Of a stretch of 64,000 nucleotides of DNA, positions 25,060 to 37,469 are shown in pieces (position 1 is the first letter of the stretch; each line of letters begins with the position of its first letter). The notes under the pieces were generated by a model, which ran no database searches, was not told the DNA's origin, and saw nothing but the letters and a program-made list of their open reading frames with translations. This DNA is from Octopus sinensis (lineage: Eukaryota). Both the position numbers and the translations under genes were made by a program. The stretch spans positions 41,106,001 to 41,170,000 of the forward strand of contig NC_043002.1 in assembly GCF_006345805.1 (NCBI RefSeq), given 5' to 3'.

Positions 25060-27110
25060 GGGGAAGATTAGAAACTCTACTTTGCCAATGAAATGAGGTA
25101 GATCGATCTTCACGAGAAATTTAGTTGTTGATTAAATTCGTCCTGCACCTAACAAGCAACTGTTCTCCACAGGTTGGCAGCACACGGACACTGAAAGACT
25201 TACGTCGCTTTGCTTACAACTCAGACAAGGGCGGGTTTTGGCACTTCTGTGCCTGTACAATTTGTTACGAACCAGCTATGCCTCCTGTAGCTCTATCAAG
25301 CCAAGAGCTCTGGAAAGTCTTCCGTGATCCCTGACCTAAATATCTTTTAGAAGAGACTGGTAGATCTGTTCTCGCTAATTTTCAGAATCGTTCCCAGACC
25401 AAAGTCGCTCATACCCTCCATTAACCCTCCAAATCAGTGCATTATTTTTCTGTGATTATTATTATTTCTGCTTCTTGCTCTTGCTATTGTAGTCTTTGTA
25501 GAAGAAGTCCTTTTTTATGCTATAAATGCTGCTTTGACTGCCGATGTTGATTCATTTGTAGCAGTCGTGATAGTTGTAGCAGCAATAGAAAGAGGTGTTC
25601 GTCCTCTTTCCCAAAAAGCAGAACACTCAGAAGTGGTCTCTTTTTCCGTAAACTTATCCTTTGTCTGCGACTGAAACCGGTATTTGCTCACTCTTCGAAG
25701 CAAAAATACTAAGGAGATACCTGAAAGTTCTGCAGATACAAGCAACACCAGAACCATCATATCACTGGAACTCTAGTGATATTCCCGTTAAAGTTATGAC
25801 TTCTTCATATTCATCTCCCTCCACCACTGGTTTGGTCTCTGTAGACTACATAAAGGTGACTGGCTTTGGTTATTTGCCCCAAATACAGTAAGAACCGACG
25901 TTCAGACCGTTTTTAACCTCCTCCAACTGGTTATCTATGCAACCTGCACTCGATATATATAGCAAGCAGGGGAGACAACCCCTACCATCTTGTAGCAGAC
26001 GATGGAACCGCCAAACCGTTCGGTTTCAAGCTATTTGTGCTTATCCTGAGTGGCGGACACCCGTCCGCTTGACATAGTAGTAATCCGCTTCAGCTCGCAA
26101 TATATAGAAAAACAAGTGACAACCAGTCACTGATCTTGCAACAAGCAAAGTAGCTAGTTAGAAAATCTCTATTAGAAATGAAAGCACTAACTATACTGAG
26201 AAGTAATGTTTATCACCACTTCAATATGGCTGCCCTGGTAATACAAAAACTGCAATAACGTCGGTTCCTACGGAACAGCCATATTGTAGTGCCGATGAAC
26301 ACTACTTCTCAATATAGTTACCACATTCATTTCTTGCAGAGATTTTCTAGCTAGATTGCTTTTGAATTAATGATTTGTGCTTCTTAGATTTGATAACAGG
26401 GGTAGCATTGTAAGATATTGTTTTGTGGAATTCAAGATGCAGTTTTTGAGATTGCTTGATTACAAAGGGAATAATTCTATTTGTGTCCTACATTTCTTTG
26501 AGAGGGATTTTTCTGATGATGGAGATTGTTTGAACTCAAGTCAGGGATGTTTTATCTTATTTTTTTGTCTTTAGACAAATATTTTTAACTTCTTCCAATC
26601 ATCTCTAGATAAATCTCTAACACTTGCATTTAATGGTCTCGGTCTCCTTTTTCCCTCCACTGGAATGAAAGATCATTGACTGGCTGTGGAGCAAATAGTA
26701 TATACTTTCTTGTGGTGTCCTCATTACTGTTATTCGTTGTCGCTTTTTGCATTAGCTGTTATTACTGTTGCTCTTATTGACTTGCTGTTTCTGTTGCCGT
26801 TGCTACTAGTGATGCTAATGGCAGTGTAGATGTTCATATCTGCACGTTGTTCGTGTTACATGAATACCCTAACCCTAACCCTAATAGTACTAGTGTTGAT
26901 TATGACGTCAATGACCACAGCGTTGGTGGCTGTTACAAGGACGTTGTTGCTGTTTAACTGTTGTAGAATTTCTTTCTCTCTCTCTTCTTCTTCTCCTCTT
27001 TCTTCTCTTTCTCTATTTCTCTCTCCCTCTCTTTCTTCCCATCGCTCTCTACTACTCTCAACTTCTGAGGATAATGTTATGATGCAATTGTTGGAGGACA
27101 TGCTTTTTAT
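25060..27110 (-). mobile_element. Decayed L1/Tx1-like element: ORF1 joined to ORF2 C-terminal zinc finger
   Basis: Long broken frame with PRPLNASVRDLSRDDWKKLK and decayed knuckle VVSPACYIYRVQ near 25950-25990; then VRNKLYRHRSAKTRPCLSCKQSD...FQCPCAANLW at 25150-25270. No EN or RT motifs seen between them. Confidence 0.6.
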
Positions 27111-27169
27111 TTAATCAAATTATGAATTTATGAAAAACAATAACTGTTCAAACACAATATTACCATGCA

Positions 27170-27606
27170 GTGAGGTCGACATTATATTAAAATCATCATG
27201 TCCCTTAGTGGCCGACAAAATATGCATATCTGATCATGAGCAGGAATAGTGGAGGAGTATCATAGCCGTGTGCTGAAAGGAATTCTTTGGGGCCTGAATA
27301 ATTCACCTCTGATAACGTAGATGTTTCGTTCATCATCCTTAAACAACCTTCATTCAGGGATCTTTTGAGCGGGATGGGCCACTCATCCTAAAGAAAATTT
27401 TAACTGGGCCCTATATGCAAGGCCAGGCACATAAGGTCACCATGTCGCACATACATGGTTGTGATGCATGTGTCTGGTGTACGCTTATCAGACGAGTAGT
27501 TACGATGGGTATATTGGGTGTCATATATTTGTACCTCAGTGTCACTTTGACGGCATGCATTGCTCTCTCACTCAATAATAATAGTAATAATCATAATCAT
27601 AATAAC

Positions 27607-27678
<72 letters not shown>
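27170..27678 (+). mobile_element. Retroposon family G (5' truncated) plus long (AAT)n tail
   Basis: Homologous to 7581-8123; ends GCATTGCTCTCTCACTC(AAT)n. Confidence 0.8.
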
Positions 27679-27679
27679 G

Positions 27680-28548
27680 CACCAATGGTTACGAAGTTAC
27701 GAAGTTCAGGGCTAAAAGCAGAGAGTGAAGGTTTCATATTAGCTGCTCAAGACCAAAGCTTATTAACCCGGAACTACTAAGCCAATGTGATGAAAAATGG
27801 AGCTGACCCAAAATGCCGATTCTGTAACGATGAGATTGAAACAATAGACCACCTAATCTCAGGGTGTAGAGTCTTAGCACCTGCAAAATATAAAGCAAGA
27901 CATGATAGAGTCGGCCAGTATTTATATTGGACAATATGTCGGCATTATAAAATCAAAACCGCTGACAAATGGTATAAACGTCATCTTGAAGCTGTGACTG
28001 GGGGAGAAAATGTGTCGATTCTATGGGACTTCCCCGTGCAGACCGACAGGACTATAAAAGCCAATAAACCGGATATTATCATAAAAGATCAGACAAAAAG
28101 GATGTGTTTATTAATAGACATGAGTATTCCCTGTGATCACAATATAGCGGCGAAAGAATTTGACAAGATTAGTAAATATAAAGACCTGCTAATGGAAATT
28201 GAAAAAATGTGGCATCTCAAGGTGACTACAGTACCAGTGATTGTAGGATCTCTAGGAATGATAAAAAAAGGTACTGAAACCTATTTGAAAATGATTCCAG
28301 GCTTACCATCCCTACAGGAAGTGCAAAAAATCGTATTAACTGGAACGGCTCATGTACTGAGAAGAGCACTATCGCTGTGAAAATAACATCCATCCATGAA
28401 TTTAATTATTTATTAACTTTTAAATACATATTTTATCTGTGAATTTGCGCGTGTAATCTGGGAATGCATACAATGCCCTTCTCTGCCCTAGGTGTATGGA
28501 AAACACTCGGCAAGAAACGGAAGAGAATTTGAAGAAAGAAGGAAAAAA
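27680..28548 (+). mobile_element. Dong/R4 non-LTR retrotransposon 3' part (CCHC + restriction-like endonuclease)
   Basis: ORF 27787-28380: CRFCNDEIETIDHLISGC, RHD, KPDIIIKD...LIDMSIP, KISKYKDL; 3' UTR ends in (TAA)n; begins inside (AAT)n. Confidence 0.92.
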
Positions 28549-28572
28549 CATAATAATAATAATAATAATAAC

Positions 28573-28604
<32 letters not shown>

Positions 28605-28655
28605 TGATGATGATGATGATGATGATGATGGTAACAACAATAATAATAATAATAA

Positions 28656-28960
28656 TGAGATCAACATAGTATCATGAAAGAAAGAGAAAAAGTTGGTAAA
28701 TATGTAGACCTGAGGATCGCCAAGATGTGGCAGCTACGAGAGTCAAACATAAAGGCTGTCCCCGTTGTCATCAGAGCATTGGGTTTAATACCACCCAACC
28801 TGAATAAGCATCTGGAAACTTTAGAAATACTCTACAATTTTGGTGTATTACAAAAATCAGTTTTACTTGGAACTGCACTCATACTGCGTAAAGTACTTTC
28901 TGCCTGAGATCCTTGTAACTTGGCAGGCAGTACAAACCCCCGGTAGACACAATATCTAGA
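28656..28960 (+). mobile_element. Second Dong/R4 RLE 3' fragment
   Basis: EKVGKYVDL..AKMW...AVPVVIRALGLIP...LQKSVLLGTALILRKVL. Confidence 0.85.
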
Positions 28961-29039
28961 AGAGATATAACCTCCTATGTAGGTAATAGTGAAGAAAGTT
29001 TATCAAGAGCTGCTAGTCACAGCAGGACATAAGGAAACT

Positions 29040-29905
29040 AAAAAGCCAAATTAGGCTAGAAATCAGAAAAAAAGAACAAAAGTTATCTGACTGTCAAGAG
29101 AAGGCTTTGCATGGTAGATATCCAAAAATAGTTGCAGGAAATAGTAATGAGACACGGTTATGGTTGCAGAAAGGGAGGCTGAAAAAGTAGACAAAAATGT
29201 GTTAGTAGCTGCACAAGATCAAGCATTAAGGACTAATTGGATAAAAGTCAAAATAAACAAAACCAAGTAGATTCCCAATGTAGGTTATACAAATGAAAAG
29301 TGTTACTCATATAGTAAGTGAATGTAGCGTGCTGGCACAGAAAAAATACAAGGAAAGACATGACAACCTAGGGAGAGTAATCCACTAGGAGTTATGTAGA
29401 AAGCTAGGATTTGACCATACTGATGAATGGTAGGAACAGGAACCTAGTAAAGTACTGGAAAGTAAAAAATATAAGAAGTTGTAGAACTTTAGCATTCAGA
29501 CTGACAGAGTAATAGAAGCTGATTTAGTAGTAGTAAATAAATAAAATAGAAAGTGCGAGATAATTGACTTTACGGTCCCAAATGATGAGAATGTCAATAC
29601 GAAAGGCATAGAGAAAATAGCAAAGCACCAAGACCTAGCCATTGAATTACAGAAACTACGAAAAGTGCGGGTAAAATGTATCTCTGTAGTTATAGGTGCA
29701 TTAGGCACTATCCCTAAAGATTTGAGCTGATGGCTAGAAGAAACAGGCATAAAACCTAGTTTAGTACAACTCCAGAGAACTGTTATTAGGGACAGCTAGG
29801 ATACTTCAGAGGGTTCTTGGCATCTAAGGTTACTTGTTGTAGCCCGATGTTAGGAATTTTTCTTTTCCAACATTTTAATTTGTTGAGCGTATATGAAATA
29901 ATAAT
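29040..29905 (+). mobile_element. Third Dong/R4 RLE 3' fragment
   Basis: RHDNL, TDRVIEADLVVV, IIDFTVPND, EKIAKHQDL, VVIGALGTIPK; short (TAA) tail. Confidence 0.85.
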
Positions 29906-30149
29906 AAACTACTAGAAAGCCACCAATGCAAAGCTGATATAGTCAGAATATGCTTGCCCTACACACGAGGATAACAGGTCTGCAGCTTGATTCAACATGT
30001 GGGGAATAAGCTAGAGTGAAAGTTTAACAGTTACTCAAAAGCTGTAGGTTAAAAACCAGAAATACGTCAGGTTCTAGCTGGGTTAGACCAATACCTAACC
30101 ATAAACAACTAAAGAAATAAAATAGTATAAGATAGTAACATTAAATTCA

Positions 30150-30660
30150 GACTATGAATTCAGTACATTAAGGCAATTCATTTCGTCATTTCCGGTTGCC
30201 AAGTCCCTGCCAAGTCAGAGTATATTCATAGACACGATCCATTTAGCGGCTATCTGGGCAATATACCAACACCTTGACGTGAAAATGGACACGAGCTTGT
30301 ATAAATATTAATAAAACGCCGTGCAAAACAACCTGACCACAATCATATAGGATGTGATTGCCAAAGCTGACAAGGAAATGTTGTCGAACTGCTTAGATAT
30401 ATTAAGAACTGAAACCGAAGTACCTCTATACTGATAAACACACAATTACATTTTGCTAAATATTAGCCGGAAGGAGGTGGAGAGCCTATCAAAATACGAT
30501 GATCTTGGAAGTGAACTGCGGAGCATGCAAACATAAATAATAAAAGAATCATTAGTTATAAAATATGAACAAAAGAAATTTAAACCATACAAGGATTTCA
30601 CAACGTGATACACATTGCAAAAAGCTCTGCCAACTACAATCCACATAATATATAAGATAC
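30150..30660 (+). mobile_element. Fourth, more decayed RLE-type 3' fragment
   Basis: KEVESLSKYDDLGSEL and LQKAL..TIHII resemble the RLE C-terminus. Confidence 0.5.
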
Positions 30661-30987
30661 ATCGTATATAGACACTTTCAATTCAATTGCACACATTAAG
30701 TAGTAAACACACAAACAGACCACGTTATTTTATTCAAGAACCTTCCAATAGCATACGTGCTCCTACATAACCAACACACGAAATTTTGATAGTAATCGCT
30801 CACATAGCGCACAGTCTACGTAGATGAAACCATACACCGCATGCTCTACATAATCAACGAACCAATACCAACACAGCACCAAACTTATTGGTTCATTCGA
30901 TTGCACTCGAATGAATGAAGCGAACAGAGTTTTGGAGAACTCAGCTCAATCGAGACAGAAAATCTTTAATGCTTTATTTCTTTATAT

Positions 30988-31034
<47 letters not shown>

Positions 31035-31140
31035 AATTAGTGTGTATTTTATCATTCTTTTTATTTGTGTGTAAATATATGTGCATGAATCCGTGTGTGT
31101 ATACGTGTGTCTGTATGTGTGCGCATGCATATGTCTGTGC

Positions 31141-31165
31141 ATGTATGTATGTATGTATGTATGTA

Positions 31166-31201
<36 letters not shown>

Positions 31202-31400
31202 TGTATGTATGTATACATGTATACATGCATGCATGCATGCATGCATGCATGCATACATACATGCATGCATGCATACATACATACATACATACATACATAC
31301 ATACATACATGCATGCATGCATGCATACATACATACATACATACATACATACATACATACATACATACATACATACATACATACATACATGCATGCATGC
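31141..31400. repeat. (TATG)n-(TGCA)n-(CATA)n self-complementary microsatellite
   Basis: Direct read; the outer motifs are reverse complements of each other. Confidence 0.9.
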
Positions 31401-31721
31401 ATACAAAGTGCGTCAGTTTTTTTAAAGTCATTTGCATGAATTTAGAAAAAGACACATAGCTCGTCAAAGAAATCTGCATTTTAAAAACAAAATTGGTTCA
31501 AATAAACTTGAGAATCCTTTTATCACACCTCTTAAATGAATCCACCGTTAGCATCATTAGTAGGTTTAATACGGGGTCAGAAGTTTTAACATGTCTGAAT
31601 CAGATGATCGTTATCAATTTTGGACACAGTGCAGCAATGCTGGAGCTACCTTATTTATGTGGAATGATTCCAGTATCCACGAGACACAAATGCTCTATCA
31701 TCATCATCATCATCATCATCG

Positions 31722-31755
<34 letters not shown>

Positions 31756-31872
31756 CGTAGTCATCATGATCACTATTAACACCATTATCATCATCTATGT
31801 ATATAATTATTGTTTATATACATATACTTGTAAATATATACATATACACACACATACACGCACAACACACAC

Positions 31873-31964
<92 letters not shown>

Positions 31965-32845
31965 ATATATATATACGTATATATATGCATACATGTACAT
32001 ATATATTATATATATATATTTGTGTACGCATATATTTACATGTACATACATATATATATACACACACATATATATACATACATATATATACCCACACACA
32101 CACACACACACATAATATTCTGTATTTCTTTAGTCTTTATGAATTTTTCAATATGTTTATTGTATCACGCTCTGACTTCCCGTCCCCTGCTTGCTTTTAT
32201 GTAACTTGGTCACGTCCATCTCCACACGTTTTGTAAAGTTTATGTCTACGTTTTGTTTTTCCATTGTATTAATGAGCAGCCGACAACTCTTCTCCATTGC
32301 ATGAAATGTTTCCGATCACGTCTGTCGTTAGAGACAAACCTCGAGACAATTTTAACCAATGAGGGAGGAGATATTTTTTTTCGTATTCAAAAACCAAAGC
32401 AAATTTCAGCTTTTGTCTCACTCGGCACATTTTTATTTCCACTTATGGAAAAACTGGTATTTCCCCTAATCATAACCACTTAGTAAGTAGGTAGCAGAAG
32501 CTATCATTTGCAGTGTATGGCGATGGTTACTTTTCAGTACATACGCACGTAAAACTTACTTTCATAGTTTTGTAAAAAGGTTTGATGGGTTTTTGACGCA
32601 GCGCTCTATTTTCCGTAACGCCAGGAAAAAAAGTATTTCTCCCACATGCTCTTCCTCTCCGATTCTCTCTACGTTTTTATATACATACATAATGAAAAAA
32701 AAAACATGCAAAATTTCCCTTATAAATACATACATAACGTTTTATATATACTTGGAAAAGGATGCGTGGCGTTCGATCATTGTTTTTATGTTTTCGTTTC
32801 TCATTGTGTTGAACATTTTTGTTTTTGATGTCCTGTACCCATATA

Positions 32846-32943
<98 letters not shown>

Positions 32944-33600
32944 TATTACAGATGTAGGGTGAATTATAATTAATTTAATAAAATCAAAAAATTTTACCTA
33001 GTAGTATTTCGGTATGGAAAAGGACCATATTCGGTAAAAATTTATATAATTATAATAATAAGGTTTTTTGCAAACAAGTTGCTTAAACCACATACCGAAA
33101 ATATTAGAAATAGCAGCCAAAAAACTACTATTTCTTTTACTACAAAAATAAGTCTCCATAGACAACAATATTTGTAACTCACATATGGCAAGACAAAGAA
33201 GAAAAACAGCGAAATCACACGGTCCTCGGATTAATTATGGACGTACGTTTCTGGATTAGAATTGTAAGGTTCATTTCCTTATCAACATAATATTACCCAT
33301 AAATCTATAAATGCTAGGAAAACCTACCTTTTATATTTTCGACCAAGCGACATCGAAAGATACAAAAGTCAACCAGCATATCCACATTTATATAGACAAG
33401 TGAATTCGTATCTCCCTTATAATTATATATATATATATCTCAAGATTAATCAGCCGAAATCGCGAAGATGATCCGGTTCTTGACTGATGATTGAGGGCTT
33501 CGAATGTCCCGTCCGTGGTTTTTGTGTCGTCTTCTAAATGTTTCACGTTCTTGTCCCAGTTTGTATATTTTTTACTTTTACACACACACACGCACACACA

Positions 33601-33689
<89 letters not shown>

Positions 33690-33740
33690 GGTATGTACAT
33701 ATATGTATGTATATATGCATATATTTATATATTATTTATT

Positions 33741-33771
<31 letters not shown>

Positions 33772-33788
33772 CTATCTCTCTCTCTCTC

Positions 33789-33834
<46 letters not shown>

Positions 33835-33835
<1 letters not shown>

Positions 33836-34120
33836 TCTAAAAAAAACAAGAAGCAATAGAAGAAGGAAAAAACAACGCGAAGACATGGTACATGCAAGGT
33901 ATTAATAGACACTCAGGGAAAGAAAAAAATTAGTTTTACGTTTCGAGCAAAGCTCTTCTTCAGAAACTGGAGACAGAGGAAAGTCCAAGAGAAAAAGATG
34001 GAGGAAAAAAATCGTCAATAATCCACATGTAGTTACATTTTGAAATGACCGGAAGAGAACGGATGAAGAAAAAGTTCTTTCTAAGACAGGAGAGTGTAAG
34101 AGAAGGAAGTGTCTGTATGT
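33835..34120 (-). mobile_element. Penelope pLTR-like non-coding unit
   Basis: Carries a minimal hammerhead; lies between microsatellites with no adjacent ORF. Confidence 0.6.
33932..33968 (-). ncRNA. Minimal type I hammerhead ribozyme
   Basis: Minus strand AGTTT-CTGAAGA-A-GAGC-TTT-GCTC-GAAA-CGTA-AAACT: perfect 5-bp stem I, 4-bp stem II, palindromic ACGT in place of stem III, GUA site. Confidence 0.85.
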
Positions 34121-34265
34121 ATCGCGCACGCGAGGGTGTGTGTGTTTGTGTGTGTGTAACAGCATGCCCGCGCGTGTGTGTATGCAAGTGGTGGTAACAG
34201 TGTGTGTGCTGTATGTGTGTATGTTGTGTGTGTGGTATTAACTGTGTATATGTGTATGTCTGACT

Positions 34266-34870
34266 GTGGAGGCGCAATGGCCTAGTGATTAGGGCAGCGG
34301 ACTCGCGGTCGTAGGATCGCGGTTTCGATTCCCAAACCGGGTGTTGTGGGTGTTTATTGAGCGAAAACACGTAAAGGTCTACGAGGCTCCGGCAGGGGGT
34401 GGTGGCGAACTCTACAGTATTCTTTAGCTACAACTTTTTCTCACCCTTTCTTGCTATTTCAAAGGGGCCAGCCTTGTCACGCTGAATCTCCCCGAGAACT
34501 ACGTTAAGGGTACATGTGTCTATAGAGTGCTCACCCACTTGCACATTAATTTCACGAGCAGGCTGTTCCGTTGATCATACCATCTAGTACCTATTTCTTT
34601 ACTACCCACAAGGGGCTAAACACAGAGAGGACAAACAAGGACAGACAAACGGATTAAGTCGATTACATTGACCCCAGTGCGTAACTGGTACTTATTTAAT
34701 CGACCCCGAAAGAATGAAAGGCAAAGTTGACCTCGGCGGAATTTGAACTCAGAACGCAGCGGCAGACGAAAATACTGCTAAGCATTTCGCCCGGCGTGCT
34801 AACGTTTCTGCCAGCTCGCCGCCATACCATCCAGTACCCTCGTCGTCGTAACCGACAGGATGCCACGAGT
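34266..34870 (+). mobile_element. SINE family C interrupted by SINE family B (34591-34823, minus)
   Basis: TSD ATACCATC(T/C)AGTAC at 34577-34590 and 34824-34837; the family C tail resumes after it. Confidence 0.88.
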
Positions 34871-35014
34871 ATGTCTGAGTGAACTTCGTGTCTGTTAATG
34901 TTGTAAGAAGAATTCGGCAGCTATGGTAACAGAAGTGATGGTCTTTTGTGTAGTTGTGTGTTCCTTCACATGTGCACTGATGGGATGGTCAGTAGAATGG
35001 TGTTTGGCTGACAC

Positions 35015-35855
35015 TGTGAAGGGTGTGTATATGTAAGTGTGTGTGTGCGTGTATGTGCGTGTGTATGTAATTTTGCACGTGTATGTACGAGTGTGTGTGC
35101 ATGTATGTGTGTGTTGTGTGCGTGTGTGTGTCATGTATGTGTGAGCTATATGTGCGTGCGTGCGTGTGTGTGCGTATATGTGTATGCGCATGTGTATGTG
35201 TGCGTGTGTGTATATGCGTCCCTATGCGTGTGTGCACGTGCGTGTGTGTGTATGTACGTGTGTGCTCGTGCATATGTGTGAATGTGCGCTTATGTACGTG
35301 TCTGTATGCGTGCGTATATGTGTATGTGCGTGTGTGTGTGTGCATGTATGCGTGTGTTGTGTGCGTGTGGTGTGTATAGGAGGTATATGTGAGTTCATGT
35401 CTGTGTGCGTGCGTGTGTGTGTATATGTGTGTGTATGTATGCGTGTGTGTGCATGTGTGCACGTATGTGTACATGTGAGTGTGTGTATGTGCGTGTGTGG
35501 GGTTGTGCGTGTGGAAACATATGTGTGTTCCTATGTGCGTGCATGTGTGTCTGTACGTGCGTGTGTGCGTGTATGTGCGTGCATGCGCGTACATGCGCGT
35601 GTGTGTGTATGCGTGTGTGTGCGCGTTTATGTACGTGTTGTATATGTTCGTATGTATGTGTGCTGTGTGTGTGTGCGTGTATATGCGTGCATGCGTGTGT
35701 ATGTGTATGCGTGTGTGTGCGTTTATGTACGTGTTGTATATGTTCGTATGTATGTGTGCTGTGTGTGTGTGGTGCGTGTTCATGTGTGTGCGCGTACGTG
35801 TATGTGTGCGTGTATGTACGAGTGTATGTGTGCGTGTGTGCGTGTATATATATAA
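35015..35855. repeat. Degenerate (GT)n-derived alternating purine/pyrimidine tract
   Basis: Direct read; internal duplication of GCGTTTATGTACGTGTTGTATATGTTCGTATGTATGTGTGCTG near 35623 and 35719. Confidence 0.9.
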
Positions 35856-36059
35856 ATATGAAATAAAATAATATAAGAGTGATAAAAATAATAGAGAAAA
35901 AAGAGAAAAATACAAAATGAAGAAATAAAAAATAAAAACAAAATCAATTAAAAAATATTAATAAAACAATAAAAAGATAGATAAAAAATAACATACAAGA
36001 TTAAAAACAAAAATTAAAGGGATAAATTTGAAATTAATGCAATTATTAAAAAATTAATA

Positions 36060-36600
36060 CAACAGAAAAAGGTAATAAATAGATAAAATGAAATGAAAAT
36101 ATCAAAATAAACAATTACGACGGGAAAAAAACGATAAAAAATCGAAAACAACGAATTTAAGTGTCAAAAAGTGAGTGAATATAAGATAGGATAAAAAGTT
36201 ATTTTTTAAGGAGGATGTAGAGAGAGTCATTGAGAGGAGGGAGTTGTGTTGAGTCCGAGAGGAGTTTGTGTTGGTAGACTGAAAATGTAACACTGTTCCA
36301 GGCGGAGTCGGGAATGTGTGGATCCGTGGTGCAGGGCGAGGCCAAAGACGCTGATATTAGAGGTGGAGTGGTTGGTCAAGCGTAAGTAGTCGAACATCTC
36401 GTAGAGTTTGTTGCAGAGATTACATCTAATGCAATAGATAAGGCTGGAGGAAGTGCAGGAGAAATAGTTTCTAATGTGGAGGGTGTGCCAGTTGGATCCA
36501 GTGAGGGAGATGGTATTGGTAATGAAAGGACAGGTGTAGCAGCGAGATCTAGAGCAAGGGAAGGATCCGGGTTGAATTGGAATGGAAGAGGGGAAGGTGC
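36060..36600 (-). mobile_element. Penelope-like GIY-YIG 3' fragment
   Basis: PGSFPCSRSRCYTCPFITNTISL...FSCTSSSLIYCIRCNLCNKLY, then RLRLEQCYIFSL.TQTPLGLN. Confidence 0.85.
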
Positions 36601-36605
36601 CATGG

Positions 36606-37019
36606 AAAGTATATTAAATTCATGAAATACAAAAAATGTATATATGCTTTCATACAAAAACGTCCGACTTACACAGAATACAAATGATATACAGAATTAA
36701 AGGAGTTGAAGAAAAGTATTACAAATCCAACAGCTGTTTCTGGGGGCTCGGTGGTCCAAAATAATATTTGTAGACTGATCCCATCGCAGGATGAGACGAA
36801 CCTCCTTCTTCAGGAAAGAGATCTTACATTTGAGACGTTAAAGGAAAGAAGTTCAAAGATGGATTTGGACTACTGAGCCCCCAGTAACGGCTGCTAGATT
36901 TGTAATACTTTTCTTCAACTCTTTTAATTCACGATATCATTTGTATTTTGTGTAAGTCGGACCTTTCTGTATGTAAATATATATACATTTTTTGCATTTC
37001 ATGTGTTTAATATACTTTA
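36606..37019. repeat. Inverted repeat, approx. 155-bp arms (36606-36760 / 36863-37019), approx. 100-nt loop
   Basis: Manual alignment, roughly 85% identity. Confidence 0.92.
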
Positions 37020-37150
37020 TATATTGATCTGTCTAACTTACTTGTCCCTGCATTTACTGCTATACTGCATTTATTCCTGTACCCGCTCAAGTTTAAATCT
37101 CTTGAGCACTAATAAGTGCATTCTATACGGAGACTATCTGATCCTCATCT
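36770..37150 (+). mobile_element. LINE-like 3' fragment with (TA)n tail
   Basis: Shares GAGACG...GATCTTACATTTGAG...AAGAAGTTCAAAGATGGA and AGTTTAAATCTCTTGAGCACT...CTATGAACTATA with 56551-56750. Confidence 0.6.
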
Positions 37151-37469
37151 ATGAACTATATATATATATGCGTGTGTGTGTATGTATATATATACATATA
37201 TAAAATTAGAAAAAAACACCTTTTATCAATTCAAAATGAACAATTAAATTACACCATCTAGAAAATTACATATAATAGAAATATTTGAATTAAAATAGCA
37301 ATAAAATGTCAATGATTAAGTAAATTGCAAAAAAAATAATAAAAACGTATATAATTGGTAGAATAACGATACGTGTTTCGTGGCTATATTTAAGAAATGA
37401 TTATAGTATTCATTCCCTGTAAGTTTGGATTTTATTCCCTCAAATAATAATAATTATTATATATATACA

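Noticed and set aside
32990-33045. Hammerhead-like layout on the minus strand (CCGAATA-TGGT...ACC-GAAA)
   Set aside because: Two core mismatches and no valid UH site; treated as a simple hairpin in a repeat.
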